Under the pieces are notes generated by a model. It saw only the letters and a program-made list of their open reading frames with translations. It ran no database searches and was not told the origin of the DNA. From a candidate division FCPU426 bacterium (GTDB lineage: Bacteria > Oederibacteriota > PGYV01 > Palsa-1178), in the NCBI GenBank assembly GCA_963840035.1, contig CAWIXE010000002.1, positions 1,408,001 through 1,472,000 of the forward strand: a stretch of DNA of 64,000 bases, written 5' to 3'. Positions 30,927 to 40,969 of this stretch are shown here, piece by piece. Positions within the stretch are counted from its first letter, which is position 1. The number at the start of each line of letters is the position of its first letter. Made by a program: the position numbers and the translations under genes.

Positions 30927-31172
30927 TTATTCTATCTCCAGCGTCTCAATATCCAGCGTCTTAAAAAGCTCCATAAACGCCTTTAATTCCGCCTTTGACA
31001 TGGTGACGCCTTTGCCCATTTTACCATGGTCATCACCGGCCCATGAACGTATATCAATCTTTCCCGGCCTGTCATTCCATTTTATTATATTTACCTCTTT
31101 TTTCCAGCCTTTTGACCCTTCCCCTAAAGCGCCCAGGGTCTTTACTATTTCATACTTTATCTGATCCGCCAT
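30927..31172 (-). CDS. YdbC/PC4-family ssDNA-binding protein
   Basis: YEIVKTLG.L....KGWKKEVNII.WN..PGK.DIR.W..DH.KMGKGVT. Confidence 0.9.
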   Translation of the reverse strand: MADQIKYEIVKTLGALGEGSKGWKKEVNIIKWNDRPGKIDIRSWAGDDHGKMGKGVTMSKAELKAFMELFKTLDIETLEIE

Positions 31173-31193
31173 GATATAACCTCCTCAATAAAA

Positions 31194-31268
31194 TGTGAGT
31201 AGTGAGTGGTGGGTAGTGTTTAGCAAGCATCCCGTTTGCTACCCACCACCCACTACTCACAACCCACT
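31194..31268. repeat. Inverted heptamer-repeat hairpin (gtgagta / tactcac)
   Basis: tgtgagtagtgagtggtgggtag ... ctacccaccacccactactcaca. Confidence 0.85.
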
Positions 31269-31272
31269 TGTA

Positions 31273-31800
31273 TTAAAACAAATCCATCTGCCTTGGCTTA
31301 TGCTTACCTGACGGGTCCAGCTGAATAAAGCCCTTTGTCAGGTTGAATGATATAAAACCGAGAAATTCATCCAAAAACTTTCTTGCCTCGTCAGATATCT
31401 TATACTTCATGTCAGTTATGAAGCCGGCAACAGCGGATGGAATTTGAACAGCGCCCTCTTCCGAGAACAACTCGGGCCTGTTTTCCAACAAATAATTTGA
31501 TGCTGCTTCCATGGCTTTTATACCCTCATAAGCGGCTTCAGCCGCGGCTTTAGTGTCCGCGTCAGGCCCTGCGTAATCACCCGATAAGTACTCCACAAGA
31601 CTTCCATTGAAATAGAGAAGAAACGCCTTTACATCATCGGTTAGTTTCGGGTTTGACTTTTTTATGTATTCATATAACGATTCAGGAAGGTTTTTTATCT
31701 CCGCTTTTTTAAAAAGGTCAGGTTTTGTTTTCTTGAGTTTAATTACAGCTTCAGCCGTAAGCTTCAGGCCGTTATAAGCTGTCTGGGCTTCTTTACGCAT
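31273..31800 (-). CDS. Hypothetical protein with internal duplication and C-terminal QMDLF
   Basis: GGAGG RBS; halves AQTAYNGLK..KPDLF..LPES and AEAAYEGIK..RPELF..IPSA. Confidence 0.75.
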   Translation of the reverse strand: MRKEAQTAYNGLKLTAEAVIKLKKTKPDLFKKAEIKNLPESLYEYIKKSNPKLTDDVKAFLLYFNGSLVEYLSGDYAGPDADTKAAAEAAYEGIKAMEAASNYLLENRPELFSEEGAVQIPSAVAGFITDMKYKISDEARKFLDEFLGFISFNLTKGFIQLDPSGKHKPRQMDLF

Positions 31801-31958
31801 CGCGCCTCCCTTTTAATCGTCTTTACCGGTTGATTATATCACCAGTGCCTTCATATGTCAAAAGTATAAAAACAATATAAAACTAATGATTACGAATCGT
31901 GGGGGTTTTATACTGGCGGTCATTTAAAAAACATCATTATATATTTTATCTTTACTGT

Positions 31959-32291
31959 TTAATGATTTATGCTGTATATCCCGTGCGGGTCCTTTTTAAA
32001 GCCATATAATTCAAAACTCAGCCGCGCCATAGCTTTCATAAAATCATCCGGCAGCAGTTCGGTCTCATCCATGCCTTCAACAAAAACATCCACGCCTGCG
32101 CTGTCACAAGCCTCAAGCAGCTCGTCGAATATTTCCGCGTTTGTCGGTTTTTCGTCATCAAAAAACAGTATTGTATTTTTCACCATCAAGCCTGTTTTTC
32201 TTAATTCACATTCCCTAACAACAGCCAGGAAATCAACTTTACCGCTTATAACCGCCTGCGCGTCGATTTTAACAACAGCCGTCTTTTTCAT
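31959..32291 (-). CDS. Hypothetical protein
   Basis: 110-aa ORF with AGGGGG RBS. Confidence 0.6.
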   Translation of the reverse strand: MKKTAVVKIDAQAVISGKVDFLAVVRECELRKTGLMVKNTILFFDDEKPTNAEIFDELLEACDSAGVDVFVEGMDETELLPDDFMKAMARLSFELYGFKKDPHGIYSINH

Positions 32292-32683
32292 TGTAATTCC
32301 CCCTTTACATCAATCAGGGAAGATCAAAACGGCACCGGATATATTTCTGTTCCCTCATATAAAATATAGCAGCGGAGACATGGTTTGTCAATTTTTTCGG
32401 TTTTTTTCGCTGCGGCCGCGCCCGTTTCTTTGTCATAAAAATATGGTTCAAATCAGTTTAAAAAAATTAACCAGCATTTTTTTGAAAATTTTTAAAAAAA
32501 AACATTTCAGATATCCGGACTATGCCGACCGCAATCCCGCAATAGTCGGGAAGCGGATATGCGCTTGTTTTTGTATCACCCGCCGGCGCTTTCTTTGCTT
32601 TATTTTTACGCATATTTTTGGTATATTAAACATACAGCTTTTTTGTAACTTCCCGGCTGACGAGGTGATACCTGGAACTCTAT

Positions 32684-34603
32684 TTGAAATATTCGAACCT
32701 GTGCGAAATACCCGCAAGAAACTTCAGTTTATTCCCCGGCAGAATATCGCATAAATACAGGAAAAATTCAGGTTTCGAGACCAAAACATGGTCTGATTTT
32801 TACCATGACATAGAAAAACTCTCCGCCGGATTTGAAGCGTTCGGCATAAGGAAAGACACGCACGCCGCATTTTTCGCCGATAACCGCTATGAATGGACCA
32901 TGACAGATTACGCTTTAATGTCCTTGGGCGCCATTTCAGTCCCCCGCGGTTCAGATACCGCGCCTAAAGAACAAAAATTCATTTACATTCATTCAGATTC
33001 CCGTTTCCTGATCATGGAAAATTCAGCCCATCTTAAAGACTTTCTGGCTGAGGTTTCACCGGAAGAACTGAAACTCATAGAAAAGATCTTCCTCATGGAC
33101 GAGGAATCCTCCCCTCTGCCGGCTGATTTTATCATGGCTGCCGACAGGATAGTTTATTATAGGGAACTCATGGCAAAAGGCATGGAAATACTATCCTCAA
33201 ATCCCGGCTGGTATGAAAAAAAGCTTAAAGCCCCTGTATTCGACGACCTTGTGTCAATAATATACACCTCCGGCACTTCAGGCAACCCTAAAGGAGTCAT
33301 GCTCACGCACGGTAATTTTCTGCATAATGTCCGGGCTATAACCCCGCTTCTCTGGATTAATATTGAAAACAGCGAAAAGACCGTCTCAATCCTTCCTCCA
33401 TGGCACGTATACGAACGCTCCTACGAATACTGTATTGGTGCCGGAGCAGTAATGATATTCTACTCTTCCATACCTACCCTGGCAGAAGACCTTGTCAATG
33501 TAAAACCCGAACTTGTGGCTTCAGTCCCAAGAGTATGGGAATCCATATACGAGAAACTTGTATCAAAAATGGAAAAGGAATCCCCTGCCAAAAAAGCGGT
33601 ATTTTATTACTGCCTGCGTATCGCCAGGAAACATTATTCCGCCGAAAATTATATAAAGGGACATTTCCTTGAATTTAAAAAACATACCGCGGCTTATAAA
33701 TTCTTCGCCAAAGCGGCTAATGTGGTAATATTCGCATTTTTTCACCCGGCTTATATTATTGCCATGAAGGTATTTGAACCGCTGCGCGGGCTTGTCGGGG
33801 GAAAACTGCGCGCTTCATTTTCAGGCGGCGGCTCCCTTCCTCCAAAAATAGACACGCTTTTTAACTCCATAGGCATCAAACTCGTCAACGCTTTTGGCAT
33901 GACAGAGACTTCTCCCGGCGCCGTAACCAGGCGCCTTGACAGGAACACCATCGGTTCGATAGGCGTCCCCTTAGACGAAATGCAGGCTAAAATAGTCAAA
34001 GAAAACGGCTGGCCCGCAAACTTTGGCGAAAAGGGCATTCTCTATGTGAAAGGGCCAAGCGTTATGAGGGGTTATTATAAAAATCCAGAAGCCACTAAGG
34101 CATGCCTGTCTGATGACGGCTGGCTTAATACAGGAGACCTTGCGGTGCAGAGTTTTAACGGCGATTACATGATGACCGGAAGGGCAAAGTCGACTATTGT
34201 ACTATTAGGCGGCGAGAATGCCGAACCTGAACCAATTGAGGAAAAATTAAAGGAATCGAACTTAATCGACCATGCCGTAGTCGTAGGGCAGGATAAAAAG
34301 GGATTATCAGCCGTCATACAGATAAACGAGGAACGTTTAAAACACATGGCTGAAAAACTAAAAATATCGTGGGATGATATCGTATTAAAGGGCAGCGACG
34401 TAATAAAGCACAACAAAATACTGGCAGTATTAAACGCCGAGGTCAGGAAGCTTATAAACAGGAGGACCGGATTTAAACCTTCGGAAAAGATCACCAAGAT
34501 AGTACTGGTGAAAAAGAAATTCTCTATCGGCGATGAGCTTACCCAGACGCTTAAGATAAAACGCAATCACGTTGAAAAAAAATACAAAGACCACCTGAAA
34601 TAA
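32684..34603 (+). CDS. Long-chain fatty-acid--CoA ligase (AMP-binding)
   Basis: IIYTSGTSGNPKGVMLTHGN, FGMTETSP, GWLNTGDL, ELTQTLKIKR. Confidence 0.93.
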   Translation: MKYSNLCEIPARNFSLFPGRISHKYRKNSGFETKTWSDFYHDIEKLSAGFEAFGIRKDTHAAFFADNRYEWTMTDYALMSLGAISVPRGSDTAPKEQKFIYIHSDSRFLIMENSAHLKDFLAEVSPEELKLIEKIFLMDEESSPLPADFIMAADRIVYYRELMAKGMEILSSNPGWYEKKLKAPVFDDLVSIIYTSGTSGNPKGVMLTHGNFLHNVRAITPLLWINIENSEKTVSILPPWHVYERSYEYCIGAGAVMIFYSSIPTLAEDLVNVKPELVASVPRVWESIYEKLVSKMEKESPAKKAVFYYCLRIARKHYSAENYIKGHFLEFKKHTAAYKFFAKAANVVIFAFFHPAYIIAMKVFEPLRGLVGGKLRASFSGGGSLPPKIDTLFNSIGIKLVNAFGMTETSPGAVTRRLDRNTIGSIGVPLDEMQAKIVKENGWPANFGEKGILYVKGPSVMRGYYKNPEATKACLSDDGWLNTGDLAVQSFNGDYMMTGRAKSTIVLLGGENAEPEPIEEKLKESNLIDHAVVVGQDKKGLSAVIQINEERLKHMAEKLKISWDDIVLKGSDVIKHNKILAVLNAEVRKLINRRTGFKPSEKITKIVLVKKKFSIGDELTQTLKIKRNHVEKKYKDHLK

Positions 34604-34609
34604 TAAGTA

Positions 34610-34870
34610 TCAGCAGTAAACCCTTGATTTTTCCGGTATGCCCGAAGACGGCCTTTTGAACCATATCAGCCCTTTTTGGGTGTGATAAATATCATAATCA
34701 AATCCCTGTTCATTTTCCCTGACAAACTTGCTGTTCACCCTTAAGCCGTTTGAGTTTAAATAGGCGAGCTGGTATTTTATAAAGTCGCTTTTCTTCTGTA
34801 TCCCAGAAAAATATATGGCGCTTTCCATGCTAATTCCCAGTCCTATAAACTTAATTTTTAATGCCCCCAC
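34610..34870 (-). CDS. Hypothetical protein
   Basis: 86-aa ORF, GTG start with GGAGG RBS. Confidence 0.5.
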   Translation of the reverse strand: MGALKIKFIGLGISMESAIYFSGIQKKSDFIKYQLAYLNSNGLRVNSKFVRENEQGFDYDIYHTQKGLIWFKRPSSGIPEKSRVYC

Positions 34871-35006
34871 AAATAAACCCTCCGTTCCTGGTAATATACC
34901 AATGAATTATGGCAATTTTACAGGAATCAGGGGATTTTGTCAATATCACATTGTGAAATTCTAGTTTTGCTGTAGGGCATTCGGTATATTAACTATTCCA
35001 TGACAT

Positions 35007-35224
35007 TGTCGGAAAAGCCGCAGTTTTTGTATGTCATTGCGAGGAGGCGTTGTTAGCATTTTGCCGACGAAGTCCTTCGACTTCGCTCAGGACCATGAGC
35101 CTGCCGAATGGCAATCTTGCTTTTTTTAAGGGTGAAACGCGATTGCTTCGTCGCCGTAAAACAAAAACGGCTCCTCTCAATGACAACAAAAAATGACAGA
35201 ACAAAAAAACAGGGTTTTCCGACA
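35007..35224. mobile_element. Nested non-autonomous palindromic elements
   Basis: Outer imperfect TIR tgtcggaaaa...ttttccgaca; inner tgtcattgcgaggag...ctcctctcaatgaca (35032-35185); 39-bp insert at 35073-35111. Confidence 0.75.
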
Positions 35225-35230
35225 GTATCA

Positions 35231-38002
35231 CTATGAGAATAATTCCACAATTTCATCCTGATTTATTAAACGGAATGCCGATTGTATATTATCAATGTCC
35301 TGTTGCTTCATTTTCAGGGCGCAGCTGTCTATTATGGACTGCGCTTTTTCTTTTGTTTCCTTCTCCATTCCGGTAAACCTGGAAACACATGACGCGCACC
35401 TGACAGCTTCCGTCAGTTTTCCCTGCCTGAAATATATCTCGGCGATACGCGTCAGGTTCTCTGCAGCTTTAAAATCAGCTTTTGCCTTCATAGAAAGCCT
35501 GAATGCGGTAACCGCATTATCAAAAGCCTCCTGCAGTTTGTTGTCATGCAGGGCAATGATACCAAGGTTAGTATACGAATACAGCTCCCCGAGCAGGTCC
35601 CCGATCTCCAGTCGTATCTTAAGCCCTGAGACGCAAAGCCTGCGTGCCTCATCGTAATTACGCGCTTTTATTTCAAGCTCGCAGAGCATATTGTAGCCCC
35701 ACGAAACGCCTTTTTTATCCATTACATGCTTGTATATCCTTATGCCGGTTTCAAAATGATTTTTGGCTGTGTCCATTTTTTCCTGCGCCATTTCTATCTG
35801 CGCCATGGTGTAATTTGACCAGGCAAACCCCGCCATGTTCTGGGCGTGTTCATATACTTTCATGCTTTCAGATACATGACCATAAGCCCGGTCATATTCC
35901 TTCATCGAATACAGCACGCTGGCCAGCACCATCCCGGAAAAAGCCGCGCTGTCAGTGTCATTTAAACCGGTATATATTTCATGGCTTTCCGTACAGGCCT
36001 TCATGGCTTTATCATATTTATTAACCCCTTCATAAAGCAACCCCAGATGGTTGAGCCCATGCGCGGCATCCTTTACCTTTCCGCATTTTTTTAAACCGTC
36101 TATCCCGGCTAAAAGCTGCTTTTCAGAATTATCAAACGCGCCTATGTGCCTGTATAGCGCCCCCGCGTAGGACTTAAGCAGGCTTGACAGCGCAAAGGCA
36201 TCCGTCCGGCCGCCCTCAAAGGGCTCTATTTTCTTTACTGTAGTCATAAAAACATCAGCGCCTTCCACGAACCTGTTCCTTAACTCATAAAAATTAAAAA
36301 CCGGCTCAGCCGCCTCATACAGCGAATCAAATCCGCCATGCTTTTGAACCGCGTCCCAGGCGCTTATAATGTTTTCAATATCATTGCTTACCGCTTCCAT
36401 ATTTTCCCGCTGCCTGGGGCCGGTTAACTGTCCCTTCATTGATCTTATATATCCGGTAAAATATGCCGTATGCTCCCTTTTTACCGATTCAACATCAGCG
36501 GCATCGGAAGAAAATTTTTCAAACGCGTACTGCCTTATAAGTTCATGTATTACAAAACGCGAAGGCGCCGAAACTTTTATAAAGGATTTATCGGAAAGCG
36601 ACATGAGTTCGGATAACGACGCGCCTGTTACCTTTACAGCCGCCTGCCTGCCGAACCCGCCGGTAAAAAGCGTCAGCCTGCGCATTATCCTTCGTTCGCT
36701 TTCGCTTAAGAGCCCGTAAGAATACTCAAAAAGCGAGCGCATGCTCGAGTGTTTTGCCCCGGCCTTGGAGTCTTTTAATATATCAGCGCCCGCCTGCATT
36801 TCCTTTACGAGTTCAGATACGCTTAAGACCTTCAGCCACGGCGCGGCCAGTTCCATGGCCAGCGGCAGCCCGTCAACCACCCTGCAAAATTCAACCGCCG
36901 CTTTCTTTTCATCGTCGTCAAACTCCCTTCCTCCGGAATACCTCGAGGCATGCTCCCAGAATAATTTTACAGCCGGGCCATCCGCTGAATAGTCAAGGCC
37001 CCGCAGTTCAAGCACTGTTTCGCCGGGCATACCCAGTATTGCCCTTGACGTGGCAAGCACAGCCGTCCTCGGGCAGTTGAGTATTATCTGGGAAATAAAA
37101 TCACGGCCTTCCAGGAGGTGCTCAAAATTATCCAGCACAAGGAGCATTTTTCTGTCCTTAAAATAATCAACCAGCTGTTTTACAGGTGACTCATCCTCGT
37201 AAAAAGTATAATTAAGCACGTTGGCAACAGCAAACGGTATCTTATCCGGGGTATCCAGCGGCGCCAACTCGATATACGCGATACCGTCGAGATATGTTTC
37301 TGAGAGCCCCCTTACGGCTTCGGCCGCAAGCCTGCTTTTGCCCATGCCGCCCTGCGCCACAAGCGTCATGCATTTGGCGCCGGCAGTTGAGAAAAAGGAG
37401 TATATGCGCGCCGCCTCCGCGTCCCTTCCGGTAAACGGGGTGGAATATGACGGCATGTTAAAAAACAGCTGTGTGGATGACTTTAATGGGGGGAATTTCA
37501 GCCACTTCACGGAATTATTGACCACTCCAAAAACTTTCTGGGGGGCTTCCACGCCTTTGAGCGTAAAGAAACCCATGTCCGTCACTTCGGTTCCTTCAGG
37601 TATAACGCACCCGTCTATGGCCTCAGGAGTCGCCAGTATCTGCCCTCCCCAGCCGAGCGAAAGGACCCTTGCTGTTTTATTTATTTCAGGCCCAAAATAA
37701 TCGTCGCCGCGCTCCTCCGCCTCACCGGCATGGATTCCAATCCTTACGCGCAGTTCCCCTATTCCGTCCCATTTCTCAGAACCAATCATTTTTTCAATCT
37801 CAATGGCCGCTTTTACTCCATTTTGTGTATTAAAGGAGGCAAACACACCGTCCCCTGTATGCTTTATTATCCTGCCTCCGTTATCCTTTATCACTTTTCC
37901 AAGGATGTCATCATGCCTTTTTAATACTTTAGGCATTGCCGCGGAATACTTTTCCCATTTTTTTGTTGAGTCTTCTATGTCCGTAAATAGAAATACCGGC
38001 AT
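35231..38002 (-). CDS. Class III adenylate cyclase - STAND (NB-ARC-like) ATPase - TPR protein
   Basis: FLFTDIEDST, KHTGDG, RIGIHAG, DYFGPEINKTAR; Walker A GGMGKS, Walker B LLVLDNFE, GLPLAMELAA; TPR C-terminus. Confidence 0.92.
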   Translation of the reverse strand: MPVFLFTDIEDSTKKWEKYSAAMPKVLKRHDDILGKVIKDNGGRIIKHTGDGVFASFNTQNGVKAAIEIEKMIGSEKWDGIGELRVRIGIHAGEAEERGDDYFGPEINKTARVLSLGWGGQILATPEAIDGCVIPEGTEVTDMGFFTLKGVEAPQKVFGVVNNSVKWLKFPPLKSSTQLFFNMPSYSTPFTGRDAEAARIYSFFSTAGAKCMTLVAQGGMGKSRLAAEAVRGLSETYLDGIAYIELAPLDTPDKIPFAVANVLNYTFYEDESPVKQLVDYFKDRKMLLVLDNFEHLLEGRDFISQIILNCPRTAVLATSRAILGMPGETVLELRGLDYSADGPAVKLFWEHASRYSGGREFDDDEKKAAVEFCRVVDGLPLAMELAAPWLKVLSVSELVKEMQAGADILKDSKAGAKHSSMRSLFEYSYGLLSESERRIMRRLTLFTGGFGRQAAVKVTGASLSELMSLSDKSFIKVSAPSRFVIHELIRQYAFEKFSSDAADVESVKREHTAYFTGYIRSMKGQLTGPRQRENMEAVSNDIENIISAWDAVQKHGGFDSLYEAAEPVFNFYELRNRFVEGADVFMTTVKKIEPFEGGRTDAFALSSLLKSYAGALYRHIGAFDNSEKQLLAGIDGLKKCGKVKDAAHGLNHLGLLYEGVNKYDKAMKACTESHEIYTGLNDTDSAAFSGMVLASVLYSMKEYDRAYGHVSESMKVYEHAQNMAGFAWSNYTMAQIEMAQEKMDTAKNHFETGIRIYKHVMDKKGVSWGYNMLCELEIKARNYDEARRLCVSGLKIRLEIGDLLGELYSYTNLGIIALHDNKLQEAFDNAVTAFRLSMKAKADFKAAENLTRIAEIYFRQGKLTEAVRCASCVSRFTGMEKETKEKAQSIIDSCALKMKQQDIDNIQSAFRLINQDEIVELFS

Positions 38003-38145
38003 TTATCCTCCACAATATAACTTAATTGATGCCATTATAACCTAAATAGGGGGCTATATCAACACACATGCAATAATCGTTATTGTATGTAATAGTGTAT
38101 AAATTCATATTTAACCGCATATACTGGCTTATTATACTTATTAAA

Positions 38146-38180
38146 TTCTCACCCCAGCCCCTCTCCCAAATGGGAGAGGG
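38146..38180. repeat. Short palindromic intergenic repeat (ctcaccccagcccctctccc..gggagaggg type)
   Basis: ccctctccca-aa-tgggagaggg hairpin preceded by ctcaccccag. Confidence 0.6.
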
Positions 38181-38343
38181 ATAAAGGAACAAATCAATTT
38201 ACACACAACTAAATACCGTATCGCAATAATCACATGCAATAATCATAACAAACACGGGAAACAACGGCAAATTTATCATGGTTTTATTTCGACCAAAATG
38301 TTATTATTAGTCATAGGGCAAAATCAAATTAAATGGAGGAATA

Positions 38344-39303
38344 ATGAAAAAAACTTCTATTCTGTCTTTAATACTTATCCCGCTGTTTTCCGCCGCGGTA
38401 TACGGCATAGAAATTAACGCGGGAGGAGGCCTTTTACTTGTCAGTAATTATTATAATTACGGCATAACTTTAACCCTGGGTTCCCAATCTTATACGCTCA
38501 AGGAGTTTGAGGCCCTGATGAAAAACGCCGGTTATAGTTCTGAGATTGAAGAAACAGGAGCCGCCCCGGCGATTAACATCATGGCCGCTTCAAAATACAA
38601 TGAGCTTTTCTACTATTATGTGCGGCTTATGTTTGTCCCCAATGTAATGTACAAAGCTGTCTACACCATACCTGGAGGCACATTTAACCAGAATATCGAT
38701 ATGCCTCTCGTATATTTTGGAGGCGGGTTAGGCGCGCAGATATCCCCGATGCAGAAGCTTCATCTCATGGCGCAGGTTGACATAGGCTATACCCTCATGA
38801 ACGCGTCAATTACCCAGGAAATAAAGGACACTACAGGCGCCGTATTAAATACAGATTCCACTAAAAAGAACGGAAGCACTGTCGGATATTTCGTTGGAGC
38901 TGCTGCCAAGTATTACTTTTCAGGGATGTTTTACGGCCTGGCAGATATCAACTATAACAGCCTTGGCTCAAGCGTTTTTATAGGCGTTGGCGTCGGCGTG
39001 GACTTCAGCCCGCCCGAAGCCTCCGGCTCCCCTTCTGAGACTGCCGGAGATGCCGGAACTTCAGCGGCAGGGCTGGAATCAGAAGGCGACGCGCTTTACA
39101 GGGCGAAGAATTTCAAAGGGGCATTCGCCAAATACAAACAGGCCATGGCCCTGGAAAAAAAGGCCGCTTTGTATGTCAAGGCCGGCAACTGCTATTACGC
39201 CCTTGGATATAAGGCGCAAGCCCTGAATTTTTACAATTATTCCCTTAAACTCGAAGATAACCCCGGAGTAAGGGCGTTCATACAGAAAATATCCGTAAAA
39301 TAA
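38344..39303 (+). CDS. Outer-membrane beta-barrel protein with C-terminal TPR
   Basis: Signal peptide, alternating beta-strands, linker, then GDALYRAKNFKGA...AGNCYYALG TPR motifs. Confidence 0.7.
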   Translation: MKKTSILSLILIPLFSAAVYGIEINAGGGLLLVSNYYNYGITLTLGSQSYTLKEFEALMKNAGYSSEIEETGAAPAINIMAASKYNELFYYYVRLMFVPNVMYKAVYTIPGGTFNQNIDMPLVYFGGGLGAQISPMQKLHLMAQVDIGYTLMNASITQEIKDTTGAVLNTDSTKKNGSTVGYFVGAAAKYYFSGMFYGLADINYNSLGSSVFIGVGVGVDFSPPEASGSPSETAGDAGTSAAGLESEGDALYRAKNFKGAFAKYKQAMALEKKAALYVKAGNCYYALGYKAQALNFYNYSLKLEDNPGVRAFIQKISVK

Positions 39304-39347
39304 CTTCAGCGCGCAGACTGTCATTACATGACAACCGGAGGCATTAA

Positions 39348-39815
39348 GTGATAATCATTATTATTTCTTTCTCCATTTCCATACTTTATATAATAATGCT
39401 GATTTTTAAAAAATCCCACGACAGAACAGGCCCGGATAAGGGCCAAATATTGGATACTGTTAATGTCGTGAGGATTTTTTATCTTACGGCGCTCTGCGTT
39501 GTGCCGGGGCTCTGTTTTATGGCCACGGTTTTAAACAGGAACCGCCTCTTCATGGTAGCCGAATCAGCCGTACCCATAGTGTCGTTGGCTTTATTCATGA
39601 TGGGTATATCAACGCTCGGGCAAAGATCCCTGGCAAAACGCTTTAAAATGCATGTGGCATTTGAATTACGGGAAATCATAATAATGACAGTCATTCCCGC
39701 TTTGTTATATTTGAGTTTTATTCCGGCAACCGACGTAACGCTTTACTACGCTTCCCCGGGCTTGTATGCCGGTTTTCTCGCGGCTTACATAATAAAAAAG
39801 AGAAAAAAAACCTAA
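39348..39815 (+). CDS. Small multi-pass membrane protein
   Basis: 4-5 hydrophobic segments; GGAGG RBS before GTG. Confidence 0.6.
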   Translation: MIIIIISFSISILYIIMLIFKKSHDRTGPDKGQILDTVNVVRIFYLTALCVVPGLCFMATVLNRNRLFMVAESAVPIVSLALFMMGISTLGQRSLAKRFKMHVAFELREIIIMTVIPALLYLSFIPATDVTLYYASPGLYAGFLAAYIIKKRKKT

Positions 39816-40969
39816 CGGCCCTGCTGCCCCTGGGCCGTATTCTTTTTATAAATGTAAAAATGGTGTAAAACCCCGTTTTTATCCTCTGCCTGCCCAGGGA
39901 CCTGCGAATAAAGGGTCTTGTAGAACTTCTGGTTGTTGAATTCCTGGTGGAAAGGTATACCCACTATGATCTCATCCGGAGCTGATTTCGCGTACGCCAT
40001 CAGCCTTGCCGTAGTCGTTATCGTATTCCCGTATACATTCAGGGATTTCATGCCCGCGATGTCGACCTGTGCCAGCAGGTCCTTGCCGTTATTCACCGCC
40101 AGCCTTATTTTCCATTCCGGCACTTTCTTGCGCCTGTTATCGGCGTTTACCACGGCGAGCCGGTCAAGAAATTTGGTGGCAAAAGTAAAGTTAATGTCCT
40201 CTTCATTTCGGTTGCCCAGGAAGCATATATAAGCCCCGTCGCCAAGAAGTATCAGCAGGTAATCGGTATAATTGACCAGCAGCTGGTTAAGTATGGAGTT
40301 TAACTGCGGAATCCAAAAATCCCTCTGCGTCTCAAGGTCGGCCGTGGTGGAGGAACGTATGTCAAGCCCGACGCAAGAGTTATAGTGCGGCTTGCCGGTT
40401 TCAAGGTCTTTTGAGAAATTTGCCGGTATGAAAATGTTATTCGACCTTACCTTCGCCTGCTGTTCCTCATCCGTTAAAACCCTCATACGGTATTTAAATC
40501 CTTCATAGTATTCCGCGTCTTCCTTAAAGACAAAACTGTTATATTTATAAAAAGCAGCCTGCGCGTCGGTCCCCGCCTGGTTTAACCACTTGGAAAGCGC
40601 GGTCCTGTCGGCCTTTCCGGTCGCCACAAAAAAGACCGTATCGCCTTCCCTTAACTCCTCGCCGGTGCCGTAGGGTATAAGCCTGTATTCACTGGACCTT
40701 TTTATGAAAGTACCGGCGAAAGAATTGGGTTTTTGTATCGAAGTGCCCACCTTGCTTATGGATTCGGGCGACCAACCGTCAAATATGCGCCAGCCATTTT
40801 TATCCCATTTTATATGAGCCTGGATGCGGCTTATTGTGTTTTTTTCATCAGTGCAGAATTTAATATCGAGGGCTTCAAAATCGCGGCCTATAACATATGT
40901 CTTGTTTTTATCGGAAAGTATAAGGGTTTCTTCCTTGCCACAGACCCCGCAATTAAAACTTAATTTCAT
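39812..40969 (-). CDS. FHA domain fused to a class III nucleotidyl cyclase-like domain
   Basis: IGRD..ISRIQAHI..NS..GTF (FHA-like); GLDIRSST, LGDGAY, IRLAVNNG, VYGNTITTTARL (cyclase). Confidence 0.8.
   Translation of the reverse strand: MKLSFNCGVCGKEETLILSDKNKTYVIGRDFEALDIKFCTDEKNTISRIQAHIKWDKNGWRIFDGWSPESISKVGTSIQKPNSFAGTFIKRSSEYRLIPYGTGEELREGDTVFFVATGKADRTALSKWLNQAGTDAQAAFYKYNSFVFKEDAEYYEGFKYRMRVLTDEEQQAKVRSNNIFIPANFSKDLETGKPHYNSCVGLDIRSSTTADLETQRDFWIPQLNSILNQLLVNYTDYLLILLGDGAYICFLGNRNEEDINFTFATKFLDRLAVVNADNRRKKVPEWKIRLAVNNGKDLLAQVDIAGMKSLNVYGNTITTTARLMAYAKSAPDEIIVGIPFHQEFNNQKFYKTLYSQVPGQAEDKNGVLHHFYIYKKNTAQGQQGR

Noticed and set aside
31887..31898. tgattacgaatc matching the tRNA-Thr anticodon arm as a possible att site
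   Set aside because: Short match, no integrase, and the intervening DNA includes housekeeping typA.
35034..35256. Short ORFs here and at 56269-56491 and 61883-62074
   Set aside because: They are translations of palindromic repeat elements.
39348..40969. Canonical Pycsar operon (cyclase plus TM effector)
   Set aside because: The membrane gene is convergent, not co-transcribed, and shows no recognisable nucleotide-binding domain.
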